Positions 1 through 13,533 of a stretch of DNA of 64,000 nucleotides are shown here, in pieces. The stretch's first letter is position 1. Each line of letters starts with the position of its first letter. The position numbers and the translations under genes were made by a program. Source of the stretch: the human T2T-CHM13v2.0 reference genome, Homo sapiens; assembly GCF_009914755.1 (NCBI RefSeq), contig NC_060927.1; one strand, given 5' to 3'. The notes beneath the pieces are model-generated. The model saw only the letters and a program-made list of their open reading frames with translations. It did no database searches and was not told the origin of the DNA.

Positions 1-27
1 GTGTCTTTCTTCCCTTTTTCTTTTTAC

Positions 28-58
28 CTTGTTTCCGAAATTTTCTCTGACCTGAGAC
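28..58 (-). other. Putative 31-bp exon of an unidentified minus-strand transcript
   Basis: Minus strand reads tgtgcctttcag|GTCTCAGG...GGAAACAAG|gtaaaa, with canonical AG and GT. Inferred from motifs only. Confidence 0.3.
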
Positions 59-371
59 CTGAAAGGCACATGCACGCCTCCTAATTGCTGTTGCCCCGGA
101 CGAAGAGTCTTCGGTGGACTCTTGCCTCTGTTCTTAGGCCTTGAGGTCAAGTCTGGTGGAAAAGTGCTCTGCCATGATGATGTGTAGAATGTCGGTTTTA
201 TCCCAATTCAAAAGAAACACAGCATAATAGAATTTTCTCAACTATGAATTTTTCTCTTACATGTTTTTCTTAAGCTCTTAATGGATTTCTTTTGACCACT
301 GGTGAGCTGCAGGCACAGCAAGTGAACTATTTTGCCGAAGCTCCAGAGACATGACCGTGGGCCTGCGCTAC

Positions 372-499
372 CTGGACTGATTGGAACAGCATTGCTGCTG
401 GTCATGCTCAGAAGCCACCTGCTGCCTGGAAGGCAGGGAAGGGAGGTCAGCTTGACCTGCTGCTTAATTGTGTCCAGATGTCTCTATACTCTGATCCAC
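372..499 (-). other. Putative 128-bp exon of an unidentified minus-strand transcript
   Basis: Acceptor gtccttttctgtag and donor CAG|gtagcg on the minus strand. It contains two ATGs. Motif inference only. Confidence 0.3.
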
Positions 500-561
500 C
501 TACAGAAAAGGACACTCAAATGTGAAAAGAACATCTCTACTTGACTCAGAATGTTTCTTCA

Positions 562-602
562 GAGTGACAGTGACAGTGACAGTGAGGTGACAGTGACTGA
601 CA
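562..602. repeat. Short (AGTGAC)n tandem repeat
   Basis: agtgacagtgacagtgacagtgaggtgacagtgactgac. Confidence 0.8.
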
Positions 603-629
603 GGGAGGCGAGCAGGCTGGCTGGGAGCC

Positions 630-790
630 TGGCAGTCCTAAGTTCTTATCTTAGCTCTTCTACTCACTAACTGTAACTTCGGGCAAGTTAACCTCTATGA
701 GCCTCAGTTTCTTCATCTGTAAAATGGGGAGGTGACTGTTAGAGTTTTTGGTAGGATGGACTAAGCAGATACATGAAGAGTGGCTGGCAG
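630..790 (+). mobile_element. MIR SINE fragment
   Basis: MIR core: gggcaagttaacctctatgagcctcagtttcttcatctgtaaaatgggg. Confidence 0.8.
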
Positions 791-1477
791 GACCCCTGAT
801 TCAAGAGAAATGGCCGTGATTATGACTCTGATTCATATTGTATTGGTTGCTAGGTGGCTATTTTGTGGGGAGAGGGTGTAACTTGATCACAGGTATGTAC
901 GGCCAGAAGCACTGGCTCCAGCTGTCCTTTCAAAAGCTCTCAGGTTATGGAGTCGTACATTGTTCTACTTACTGTATCCTCATTAATTCTTGATCCATCC
1001 CTCAGCCCTTCTTCCCACTCACTTAGATAAAGCAGAGACCTGTGGTTTTCCTGCTGGCATTTTGTTCAGACACTGGTTTCTGAAGGTCTTTCCTGCCACT
1101 TGGAAGGATGGAGGAATACAAGGACTGAGAATGTTTGACTCCTTGGAGGGAGACACAGGGTTTCACGGGATTAGCTGACACAGCATGTAATCACCTTTCT
1201 GCTGCTCCTTAAGGCGGGGGGTGGGGGGTCTATTACTGTTGCTTCTTAAGTAAGCTTAGACGGAGCCTGGCTTCGCAGGCCCAGAATCCACTGCTGGACA
1301 CTTTCCCTCCCTGGCCATGGCTTCTTGTGGCCAGAGGGGAATTCCCAGCAAAACTGTTGAGCCAACCTGGCACATGGACCCAGCCTAGCAGTCCACCCTA
1401 CTCTGTTCTGTGGAGTCCGGGGAGGGTCTTGTTCTTGCTGGACATTTCCCCTGGGCACTTTATTCAAGAATGAAGGA

Positions 1478-1930
1478 ACGAGAGACAGAGAGCTGAGTCT
1501 GAGAGGCAGAGAGAATCAAAGAGACAGAGACTGAAAGAGACATGCACACAGACAGAAAGAGACAGCGGTACAGAGAGAAACTAAGAGGCAGTCTGAGAGA
1601 CAAGGAGACAGAGACAAGGAGACGACGACTGAAGGAGAGACACACAGAGAGACAGGGGGACAGACAGACGTGTGGGCAGAGGGAGCAAGCGAGAGACAGA
1701 GAGAGCAGAGTGTTAAAGGGACAGAAAGAAACAGAGAGAGACTGAAAGCAGAGAAAGAGAGACAGAGAGAAACAAACACACAGTGAGACAGAAACAGACA
1801 CACACAGACAGGACAGAGAAGTAAACATAGAGGAATACACAGGCAGGCATGCAGAGAGATGGAGACGAAATCACACAGAGGCAGAGCTATAGACGGAGAG
1901 ACGAGACACATTCAGAGAGAGAAAAAGCAA
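1478..1930. repeat. GA/CA-rich low-complexity tract, (GAGACA)n-like
   Basis: About 450 bp of degenerate gagacagaga. It explains the S/L/C-rich and R/E-rich ORFs here. Confidence 0.9.
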
Positions 1931-2123
1931 AGAGTTTCGGGGGAGATGAGGCTAAAGAGAAATGCCGGACTTGGCGGGAGACAGGACAAAGCAGTGGCTC
2001 AGCTGGGGACACGCACCGTTTGCACCAGAAGTCTTCACGCTCAAGTAGTTTCTTAGCTCTCAGCAGACAGCTGAGGATCGTCTCCAGACGACACGCTTCG
2101 GGAAGTGGGCCGGGCAGACTTAC

Positions 2124-2171
2124 AGGGACAGCTGGGCTTCAGCTGTGGTTTACAGCGGCCAGCCTTTTAAT
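2124..2171 (-). promoter_or_regulatory. Putative TATA-like promoter with a very short first exon
   Basis: Minus strand ATTAAAA (2171-2165) lies about 45 bp upstream of a CCT|gtaagt donor (GT at 2123-2122). CAGCTG E-boxes cluster near 1999, 2068, 2129 and 2140, and CpG is locally elevated. Confidence 0.35.
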
Positions 2172-3193
2172 CCAGGGCCAGGCCCGCAGGCAAGCTGGGG
2201 AGCTCAAGAGGCTCCCCCCGTAGCTCCCCGCTCCCAGGACCACGATAGGGACCCTGTGGGTCCTGTGGCCAGGGCAGACCCAGTTGAGGGGGAGGAGTAT
2301 CCAAGCGCAGATACTCAGCCTGCAGGAGGCCTGGGGTCTGCAATCCACGGCAGCCCACACAGCCTTGGCTGTGGATGTAGGCCTCTGCTGTCATTTCAGG
2401 AATATGGGGAGCAGCCAGCCCCATTTCCTAAGCAACACCCCTGTCCTCACCACTCGCATGCCCACATACACACACGCACTTTCTAGTCTGCTGGGGGAAT
2501 GGCTCCTTTTAGGCAGAGAGGGCTTAGTAACTGGAGTCAGCCATCGTAGAATCTCTGTTTCCCAACACAGCAGGAAAGTCAGGTGGAGAAATGTTCACCT
2601 GAGAAATCCTATCTGGTGTTCAGCGTGGTACTTCTGAAGGCCTGCAGAGGTGTGGGCTCTAAGCAGGAGAGTCAACCTTAAACTCCTAAGATGCGAGGGG
2701 CCCTGAGCCCGGAGCCTCGGCCTTGCTCCTGGCTCCTCCTGGCTCCCTGGCCTGTTCCGTGTTCTCCGAGCGCCTGCCTGTTTCTCTCTATGTTCTGATG
2801 ACTGCTAAGGCTACCCTTCCTCCATCCTTGCTCTGCATCACTCACGGCATTTGCCCACTCGTACCCCAAGACATTGCAGGAGCTTGTCGTTGTCATTTCC
2901 CCTGGGACCTACCGAGGGTCACCAACTCTCTTGCTGACCAGACCTAGAGCCCAAGAGAGGCATCAAGCCTTGCCCTGAGATAGGATGTACTACCATCTCT
3001 CTGTTGAAAAGGGAGGTGATATCTAAAAAATGCTGCCCTTTTGACCCTGGGACCTCACAGTAGACATTACAATACAAACAAAGCCATTGGAGAAATCAAA
3101 GCTCATCCTTGGATAAGGAAACTGGGTCTGGATAATCTTGCAAGATAATTGCATTCCTGTGCCTGTCCTCTCTGCCCACAAGAGTCAACATGG

Positions 3194-3493
<300 letters not shown>

Positions 3494-3525
3494 GACTCCA
3501 CAGGGTCCGAAGGAGCTCACTGTTG

Positions 3526-3640
3526 TCAGTTCACCCAAGTGTGAGCCCTGTGTGGAACCAGGGTGTAGCGTGACGGCTGGATCAGTTCACCCAAGTGTGA
3601 GCCCTGTGTGGAACCAGGGTGTAGCGTGACGGCTGGATCA
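3526..3640. repeat. Perfect 56-bp tandem duplication (2 copies)
   Basis: tcagttcacccaagtgtgagccctgtgtggaaccagggtgtagcgtgacggctgga occurs twice, with TCA microhomology. Confidence 0.95.
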
Positions 3641-4222
3641 AGTGCAGAGTGTGGGGACCGGTCAGAGAGCTGGCACTGAGTGAGTCTTTGTCAGCAGGTT
3701 GGCGTGGAGCCCTCCTTGATTCTAACAGTCTCACTTTCTGTTTCCATCGTACTTTCGTTTGCAAAGCTCTTTCCCCCTCATCATCGTATTCCATTCTCCC
3801 CACGACTCTTAGGAGACGGGCAACCCGACTTTCCCCGCACAGGGAGAGAAAGTGAAGAACACAGAGGTGGGTGGGTAGCCTCTTCAAGGACACAGGGTGA
3901 ATAGTGCCAGAGCCAGGACCCCAACCTAGATCTTCTGGATTAAAAAACCAGGGGCACTTTCTACTCGATTCGGCTTTTATAGGTGAGACATTGACCAGTT
4001 CCTGCCAGAATCCTATCTTCCATCATTTATTTCCTCTGAAAAGGAAAACCCAAAGCGGCAGGCAAGATATTGCGTGTTATGCCTCAGGGGGTTGGACAGT
4101 CCTAGAATTACCTGGAACACTTACTTCCAGCATGAGGGTTCCTCATGTAGCTATCGCACCTCCCAGCCCTTCAGCTGCATACCTGCAGGCCACCTGCTCC
4201 ACACACAAGCCATGAAAAGGCA

Positions 4223-4570
4223 TGCTGTGATCTGAACTGTATGTCTCCCCAAAATTCACAGGGGGAAACCTAATGAGCAAGGTGATGGTATTAGAAGGTG
4301 GGACCTTTGAGAAGTGAGGTCATGAGGTCATGAGGGGAGCCCTCATGGATGAGATGAGTCCCTTATAGAAGAGACTCCAGAGTGCTAGTGAGCCCCTGTG
4401 ACCCTGTGAGTTTCCAGTGAGAAGGAAGTGGGCCCTCGTCAGACACTGACTCTGCAGGCACCTAGATCTCGGACTTCCCAGCCTTTGAAACTGTGAGAAA
4501 TAAATGTCTGCTGTTTACAAGCTACTCCGTTTAGTGCATTTTGTTAGAGCAGCTCAAAGGGACTAAGACA
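4223..4570 (+). mobile_element. MLT1A-like solo LTR (ERVL-MaLR)
   Basis: TG...CA ends, 3' end ctgtgagaaataaatgtctgctgttt...gactaagaca, TSD aggca/aggtg. Confidence 0.85.
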
Positions 4571-4931
4571 AGGTGCAAATGCTCAACCACAGAATGAGCA
4601 CGACCATAGCACAGGCTCCCGGGCGGCACAGGGGAGATGGGGGAGAAGGGCAATTTGTTATGTCTTGTTGCTGGTTATTGCTGATCTACAGGAAGGCAGC
4701 TGCTCCGAGCCATGTATCTTAGATACGGCCCTTTGATGGAATTTCATTAATATCAGCAAGTGTTTTCAGTTGATTATCTGGGAATTTCTAATGATAATTT
4801 TTTCTCCTTTTGAATAATTCTACTTCTTATTTCTATTTTATTGCATGAATCAGATCTTCCCAATATTAAATAATAGTAGTAATGGTAGAGATTTTTATTC
4901 CTGATTTTAACAAGACTGTGTCTAATGTTTC

Positions 4932-4982
4932 AGCTTCTGAGATCAGACAAGATTGGGCACCTTCAGGGTGGTATGGCCCTAT
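4932..4982 (-). pseudogene. 5S rRNA 5' fragment (tailless retropseudogene)
   Basis: Reverse complement ggccataccaccctgaaggtgcccaatcttgtctgatctcagaagct matches 5S rRNA nt ~7-53 (GGCCATACCACCCTGAACGCGCCCGATCTCGTCTGATCTCGGAAGCT). Confidence 0.9.
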
Positions 4983-4988
4983 GTCTAA

Positions 4989-5304
<316 letters not shown>

Positions 5305-5443
5305 ATGTCTAATATTTTCTAATTAAGTATTATATTTGTCACTATCATGAGTTGCATTTGGTTGTGGTAAGGAAAAATCTTTCTATTCCTAGTTTAAATT
5401 TTCTTTAACAAATCAGGAATGAACATTTTCTGATAAAGATTTA

Positions 5444-5947
<504 letters not shown>

Positions 5948-6044
5948 TTAACTTCTCTGAGCCATCTTCACCTCATCTAGAGAAGCAGGGCCTTTACTTG
6001 CTAGTTTTGTGAGGATGAAGTGAGGTTGTGTATGTGAAGTACTG

Positions 6045-8800
6045 AGATAGCCAGTCTCCAAGACGGTCCTCAACAATCTCTGTCTCCTGTATTTACACCC
6101 TTATGGGATCTCCTCCTGTATGATATTAGGATTGGTCTGTGTAACCAATAGAATCCAGCAACTGTGATGATATGTCACTTCCAAGGCTAGGTCGTAAAAT
6201 AGCATTGAGGCTTCCTGTTTGGTCACTCTCTTTCTTGGATCACGTGTTCGTGGGGATCACTTGGATCATGTGTTGTGAGCAGTCCTATGGAGAGGTTCAC
6301 GCAGTAAGGAACAGAGGCCTCCTGCCAACAGCCATGTGTGAGCCATTTTACAAGTGGCTCCTCCAGCCCATCAAGTCTTCAGAAGACTGCAGCTTCTCAG
6401 ATGACACTTTGACTGCAACCTCAGAGACCCTAAGCCAGAACCGCCTAGCTAAGTCACTCCTGACCTTCAGAAACTATGTGACATAATACATGTGATATGG
6501 TTTGGCTGTGTCCCCACCCAAATCTCATCTTGAATTGTAACTCCCACAATTCCCATGTGTCGTGGGAGGAACTCCGTGGGAGGTAATTGAATTATGGGGA
6601 TGAGATCAGATGTTTTTTTAAAAATGGGAGTTTCACTGCGCAAGCTCTCTTTTTGCCTGCTGCCATCCATATAAGATATGACTTGCTCCTCCTTGCCTTC
6701 TGCCATGATTGTGAGGCTTCCCCAGCCATGTGGAACTGTGAGTCCAAATAAACCTCTTTCTTTTGTTAATTGCCCAGTCTTGGATATGTCTTTATCAGCA
6801 GTGTGAAAACAGACTAATACAGTAAATTGATACCAAGAGTGGGGTGCTGCTGAAAAGATACCCAAAAATGTGGAAGTGACTTTGGAACCGGTTAACAAGC
6901 AGAGGTTGGAACAGTTTAGAGGGCTCAGAAGAAGAGAGGAAAATGTGGGAAAGTTTGGAACTTCCTAGAGACTGTCGAATGGCTTTGACAAAAATGCTGA
7001 TAGTGATACGAACAATAAGGTCTAGGCTGAGGTGGTCTCAGAAGGAGATGAGGAACTTGTTGGGAACTGGAGTAAATATGACTCTTCTATGTTTTAGCAA
7101 AGTGACTGGCAGCATTTTGCCCTGGCCCTAGAGATTTGTGGAAACTTGAACTTGAGAGAGATGACTTAGGGTATGTGGCAGAAGAAATTTCTAAGCAGCA
7201 AAGCATTCAAGATGTGACTCGGGTGCTGTTAAAGGCATTCAGTTTTATAAGGGAAGTAGAGCATAAAAGTTCAGAAAATTTGCAGCCTGACAATGTGATA
7301 GAAAAGAAAAACCCATTTTCTGAGGAGAAATTCAAGCTGGCTGCAGAAAGTAATGAGGAGCTGAATATTAATCCCCAAGACAATGGGGAAAATGTCTCCA
7401 GGGCATGTAAGAGGTTTTCACGGCAGCCCTCCCATCACAAGCCCAGAGGCCTAGGAGGAAAAAATGGTTTCATAAGCCAGGCCCAGGGTCTCTGTGCTGT
7501 GTGCAGCCTAGAGACTGACTAAAAGGGGCCAAAGTACAGCTTGGGCCATGGCTTCAGAGGGCGCAAGCCTCAAATCTTGGCAGCTTCCACATGGTGTTGG
7601 GCCTGTAAGTGCACAGACGTCAAGAATTGAGGTTTAGGAACCTCTCTCTGCCTGGATTTCAGAGGAGGTATGGAAACACCTGGATGCCCAGGTAGGAGTT
7701 TGCTGCAGGGGTGGGGTCCTCATGGAGAACCTCTGCTAGGGTAGTGCAGAAGGAAAATGTGGCGTTAGAGGTCCCACACAGAGTCTCTACTGGGCCACCA
7801 CCTAGTGGAGCTGTGAAAAGGGAGGCACCATCCTCCAGATCCCAAAATGGTAGATCCACCAACAGCTTGCAACGTGTGCCTGGAAAAGCCACAGACACTC
7901 AACAACAGTCTGTGAAAGCAGCCAGGAGGTAGGCTGTACCCTGCAGAGCCACAGAGGCGGAGCTGCCCAAGACCATGGGAACCCATCTCTTGTATCAATG
8001 TGACCCAGATGCAAGACACAGAGTCAAATGAGATCATTCTGGAGCTTTAAGATTTGACTGCCTTGCTGGATTTTGGTCTTGCATGGGACCTGTAGCCCCT
8101 TTGTTTCGGCCAATTTCTCTCATTTGGAATGGCTGTATTTACCCAATGCCTATACCCCCATTTTATCTAGGAAGTAACTAACTTGTTTTTAATTTTACAG
8201 GCTAATAGGTGGAAGGGACTTGCCTTGTCTCAGATGAGATGTTGGACTGTGGACTTTTGAGTTAATGCTGAAATGAGTTAAGACTTTGGGGGACTGTTGG
8301 GAAGGCATGATTGGTTTTGAAATGTGAGGATATGAGATTTGGGAGGGGCCAGGGTGGAATGATATAGTTTGGCTGTGTCCCCACCCAAATCTTATCTTGA
8401 ATTGTAACCCCCACAATTTCCGTGTGTCGTGGGGGAAACCCAGTGGGAAGTGAGTGAATTATGGGGGTGGGTCTTTCCTGCACTGTTCGTGATAGTGAAT
8501 GAGTCTCACAAGATCTGATGGTTTTAAAAAAATGGGAGTTTCCCTGCACAAGCTCTCTCTCTTTGCCTGCCACCATCCCCATAAGATGTGACTTGCTCCT
8601 CCTTGCCTTCCACCATGATTGTGAGGCTTCCCTAGCCACGTGGAACTGTGAATCCAATTAAACCTCTTTCTTTGGTAAATTGCCCAGTCTCAGGTATGTC
8701 TTTATCAGCAGCATGAAAATGAACTAATGCAACATGTTTATTGTTTTAAAGCTGCTAAGTTTGGGGGTATCTTGTTACACAGCATTAGATGACTAATACA
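6045..8800 (+). mobile_element. MLT1F-like LTR split by a THE1 provirus (6045-6492 and 8737-8800)
   Basis: 5' agccagtctccaagacggtcc... and 3' gttttaaagctgctaagtttggggg...gactaataca. Confidence 0.7.
6493..8731 (+). mobile_element. Full-length THE1A/B element: 5' LTR 6493-6821, internal region, 3' LTR 8360-8731
   Basis: Both LTRs begin tgatatRgtttggctgtgtccccacccaaat and end ctaatRca. THE1-int sequence lies between them, and the 5-bp TSD ACATG is perfect. Confidence 0.95.
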
Positions 8801-9142
8801 AGTACCTAACATATAATAAGTACTCAATCAAGGTTAACTATTCTATCTGTGTTAATATTAATGAATATCTAAATTACTAAAAAAAAAATCCAATTGGCCC
8901 TAACATTAAAAACAAATTTAAAAGTTTACGGAAACCCTCCATGCATCAAAAGATCTTTTTTGTTATACAGGCTTTAAATTTTAACCATGTTAGTTCGTAT
9001 TAAGCACATAGAGCCTCAGTTATACAAAAAGAGGTACATGAAAATGGAGTCTTTGCAAATTAGTTCATATTTTAATGAAAATAATTTTGCTGAGAAAGTC
9101 ACTTTGTTTCCTCACCTAAGAATTGAGGAGGTTGAAATAGAT

Positions 9143-9352
9143 CTGCTCTTCCAATATGACAGCTACTAGCTGTACATGGCTATTTACATTTACACCTAAA
9201 TTCATTAAATGTAAATAAAATGAAATATTCAGTTTCCTAGTTGTACTAGCCACATTTCAAGTGTTCAATAGCAAAATGGGGCTAGTAGTTGCAGTATTAG
9301 CATATATAGAGAACATTTTCATCATCACAGAAAGTTCTATTGGATAGTGCTG
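9143..9352 (-). mobile_element. MER3 (hAT-Charlie MITE)
   Basis: ...tagccacatttcaagtgttcaatag...agaacattttcatcatcacagaaagttctattggatagtgctg. Confidence 0.85.
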
Positions 9353-9652
9353 GTCTCGATATCTAGTAAGAATTGAATATGTGGCTTGTGTAGACCATTT
9401 GGCACAGTTCCTAGAACATACTAGGTTCTCTTTCTTTCTGCTTCCTCACAGCTCTGGGACAGGGGCAGCTGGGCCTTTGTCCTGACATAAACAGCTGAAA
9501 GACACAGAAACTAGTCTTAGGGCAAACTTTCCCACCCTCACTTGCTCACCATCATCTCAGATTTCTATGTTTCTATTACAATAGTCTTATCGAAGACTGA
9601 GTCTTACACCTCCAATAACCAGTTGTACAATCCTGCCTGTTTGTCTAGATGA

Positions 9653-10047
<395 letters not shown>

Positions 10048-10334
10048 TACCTCTGTTTTTCATCCATGGGACCGCCACCCTCTCTTGGAGGACTTCCCTT
10101 TGCCTCCTCTCTCCCTTCTCCACCTTGTGTCTCTACTGACCACTCACTCCAGGTCAAGTTCTCCTGATTTAGCCTTCAGACTACTTTTCATTCCTGTTCT
10201 CTCCTCTCCATCTCCCCCGCCAGCACTCTACTGCATTAGAGGGCCTCATCGTCACTGTTGCAGGAGAGGCCTTATGGGTGTCTTGCTTTGTTAAAGATTT
10301 AGTGGAAAAGAAGGAATGGAGCTTGGAAAGGCCT

Positions 10335-10380
10335 GTTTTTGTTTGTTTGTTTGTTTTTTGTTTTGTTTTGTTTTGTTTTT
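10335..10380. repeat. (TTTG)n/(TTTTG)n microsatellite
   Basis: Seen directly. Confidence 0.9.
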
Positions 10381-11568
10381 CCAAGGACCAGTCTGGGAAA
10401 GATTGGTCTTGTAGAGAAGGAAATCGGGCATCTGCGAGGAAGCCAGACACAGGAGAGTGACTTCACGACCAGGAGGTCTTTTCTGAGAGCAAGTCATCTG
10501 AGCAGTTGCCAGGGAGAGTGAGACTCCCTAGGGGTCTTCTCGTCTTTTCCTGCTGCTCAGCAGCTCTCCTCTCACCCCTAGAAATCAAACCCTACTCTCC
10601 TAACATTTATTCATGCATTCACTCAAGTAACACTTCCTGAGCCTTTACCTTGCCTAGGGCCCTGGGTTGGACTCAGTCATAAAGGACCCAGAGATTAATA
10701 AGAGGTGTATCCTGCCCTCTCAGAGCAAATGATACAGTTGGGAAAGGTAGGTGTGTTGTTGGGAGACCAGGGCTCCCCAGAGAAGCAGGCCTCATTTTCT
10801 TCTGCCTCTATCTTGCCCCGTCAAAAGGAACCCAGTGAACTCAGCAGGAACACTGACTGCCACAGCAGGAACCTGAGGGAAAAGGTATGGTCTCGGGGCT
10901 GAAAGGCAGAAGGAAAATGCGCAACCTGTGCAACTGTTCCTAAAGACCCTGCTGCTGACGCATGCAGAGAATTGACCCTGAGCTGCCTGGAAGAGCAGAA
11001 TCAAAGTGGTGGGAGGCTATGAGGAGGGAAGTCAGGAGCCAACGCTCGAGGGGAATCAAATCCAAGTGACTCTCGCCGACCTGTGGTCAGAAAACCAGCC
11101 CAGGAGTCAGAAGCTGGGAACAGGAAGAAGGCAAAGAATGGCAAAGAATGTAATAACATGGGCAATAGGAAATGCTTAGCTGGGAGTATTAAGGGCGTTT
11201 CTTATGGGGTTTGACTTCCTGGTGCAGACAAATGAGTGAGGCAAGAAAGGAATAGCTTATTGTGGAGGGGCTATTTTTTCTGTTTCTTCTTTTCTTACCT
11301 ACAAATCTGTAGGGCAACAGGGGGCAGAAGCCGAATCAATAGTGGAAGTTACAGGGGTCTAATTGCAGCTAAACAAAAAGAGGAGATTGCTAGAACAACC
11401 ACAGCTCCCTCACAATGAAGAGGCTCTCGGGGCCCGTCAGCTCTGTCATTCCTTTAAAGTGCTCAGACAGAAGCTGGGTAGCTCCCGTCAGGGATGGCGT
11501 GTGGTGGGGGAGTCAGGGGGCTGCTGATCATGGGCTCTGAGGGGATTCCCACTCTTACATTGCATTGA

Positions 11569-11878
<310 letters not shown>

Positions 11879-13251
11879 ACGTTAGAGTTTTGAGTGCCGT
11901 GTTTGACACAGTCTCACAGGATCGTCAGAGGTCTGTTCGACAGTTTGATGGCAGGGCCAGACTCAATAGGTGCTTAGAGTATGTGTGTGAATTCTTCTTA
12001 GTCTTTGATCTAGTTTAGCAAACATTTCCCTCTGCCCTTTCTCAGATCTCCAGCCTAATGGAGCACAAACAAGCTAGGGATGAGGGTAGAGGGCTGGGTG
12101 GCTGAGAGTCATCTCCATGCTGGCACCTGGCCCAGGGCATCAGGCTGGAAGTGTTTCCCATGTGCCGTAGTGGGAAGTAGTGGGAGGGTAAGGCTGGAAA
12201 GCACTGTCTAGAGAAGCTGTTTAGTTGCATCTCTGTCAGGACCACAAGCCCACAAAATGCCTTTGCATGGACTAGAAAAAGCACCCTTCTCACCGCCATA
12301 TGGACACAGCTCATTTTGACTCAATGAGAGGAGGAGGTCTGGATTTCAATTCTTACTTGCCACTTCTCGTGCAGTAGATAACCTGCACAACGGTACTCAG
12401 TGGGCCCTGTCCACCATCCCACTGTCCCCTCCAATCTGTGTTCCTCCATGTGCTACAATCTCAGGACTGGACTTAAAGGAGAGCTGGAGCAATGAATAAG
12501 AATGAACGGGAGGCTCCAGGAATTGTTCCTTCTCAGAAATCAGCCATCTAGAAGGCACAAAGCCACACTAAGTCAGTGTCTAATATTAAGACTGCTATCT
12601 CTGCTTTTCTGGGCCTTTCCCAGAGCTGCCGAACACAGGGGAGGCTGAGGATAGAGGGATCCCTTCCAGGAACAAATTCCCAGATGCCTTCTTCCCTCAC
12701 TAGTCCATTAAATGCACTTGCCCCTTTACTTCTACTGAAATACTTACGTGTTAAATAGCTTTCATTTATGTATAATATAGAGCTTCAATATCTGTCCATA
12801 ATTTTATTCTGTCCTAAATTTCAAGTTCCTATAAAGTGCAGACTCTGCAATACATGAGTAATCGTGCTCAGTAACATGCCTGACAACTTGCCATTGGTGC
12901 TTTTAAATGATAATGATGATGGTGAAGCTCAAATTCCTCACCCTGTCATTCCATACCTTCCATCATCCAGCCCCGTAACCGACTCCCCTTCCTACCCCCA
13001 TCATTTAGTTTCAACATCCTATATAACAGCCAAACTGGCCTGCATTCCTTAGACATCCCATCTCTGCTGTCTTAAGCTGTTTCTTTTATCTGCATATCCC
13101 TTTCGCCTTTCTTCTCTCCCTGAGTGTCTAAATCCACTCCTGAGTGTTTCTCTGGAGGGTCAACTCTAATACTGTTCCCCATGATATCCTTCCAGATTCC
13201 TTGTGCAGGAATGACCTGGTGTCTTTGCTCTCCCACGATTCTTCATTTCAA

Positions 13252-13533
13252 CTTTTTTTTTTTTTTGAGACAGAGTCCTGCTCTGTCGCCCAGGCTGGAG
13301 TGCAGTGGCGTGATCTCGGCTCACTGTGATTTCAAGTGATCCTCCTGCCTCAACCTCCTGAGTAGCTGGGATTACAGGCACCCGCCACCACGCCAGGCTA
13401 ATTTTTGGATTTTTAGAGAGATGGGGTTTCTCCATGTTGGCCAAGCTGGTCTCAAACTCCTGACCTCAAGTGATCCACCCGCCTTGGCCTCCCAAAGGCC
13501 TGGGATTACAGGTGTGAGCCACCGCGCCTGGCC
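13252..13533 (-). mobile_element. AluS with a small internal deletion
   Basis: Antisense Alu, TSD atttcaacttttt. Confidence 0.95.

Noticed and set aside
1460-1911. 126-131 aa S/L/C-rich ORFs
   Set aside because: Translations of a GA/CA low-complexity tract
2139-2360. ORF with VPIVVLGAGSYGG resembling a Rossmann or kinase glycine loop
   Set aside because: Isolated motif in a short ORF that stops soon after, with no further domain similarity I can recognise
6943-8037. ORFs of 60-128 aa in the THE1 internal region
   Set aside because: Broken remnants of the MaLR internal ORF, not a host gene
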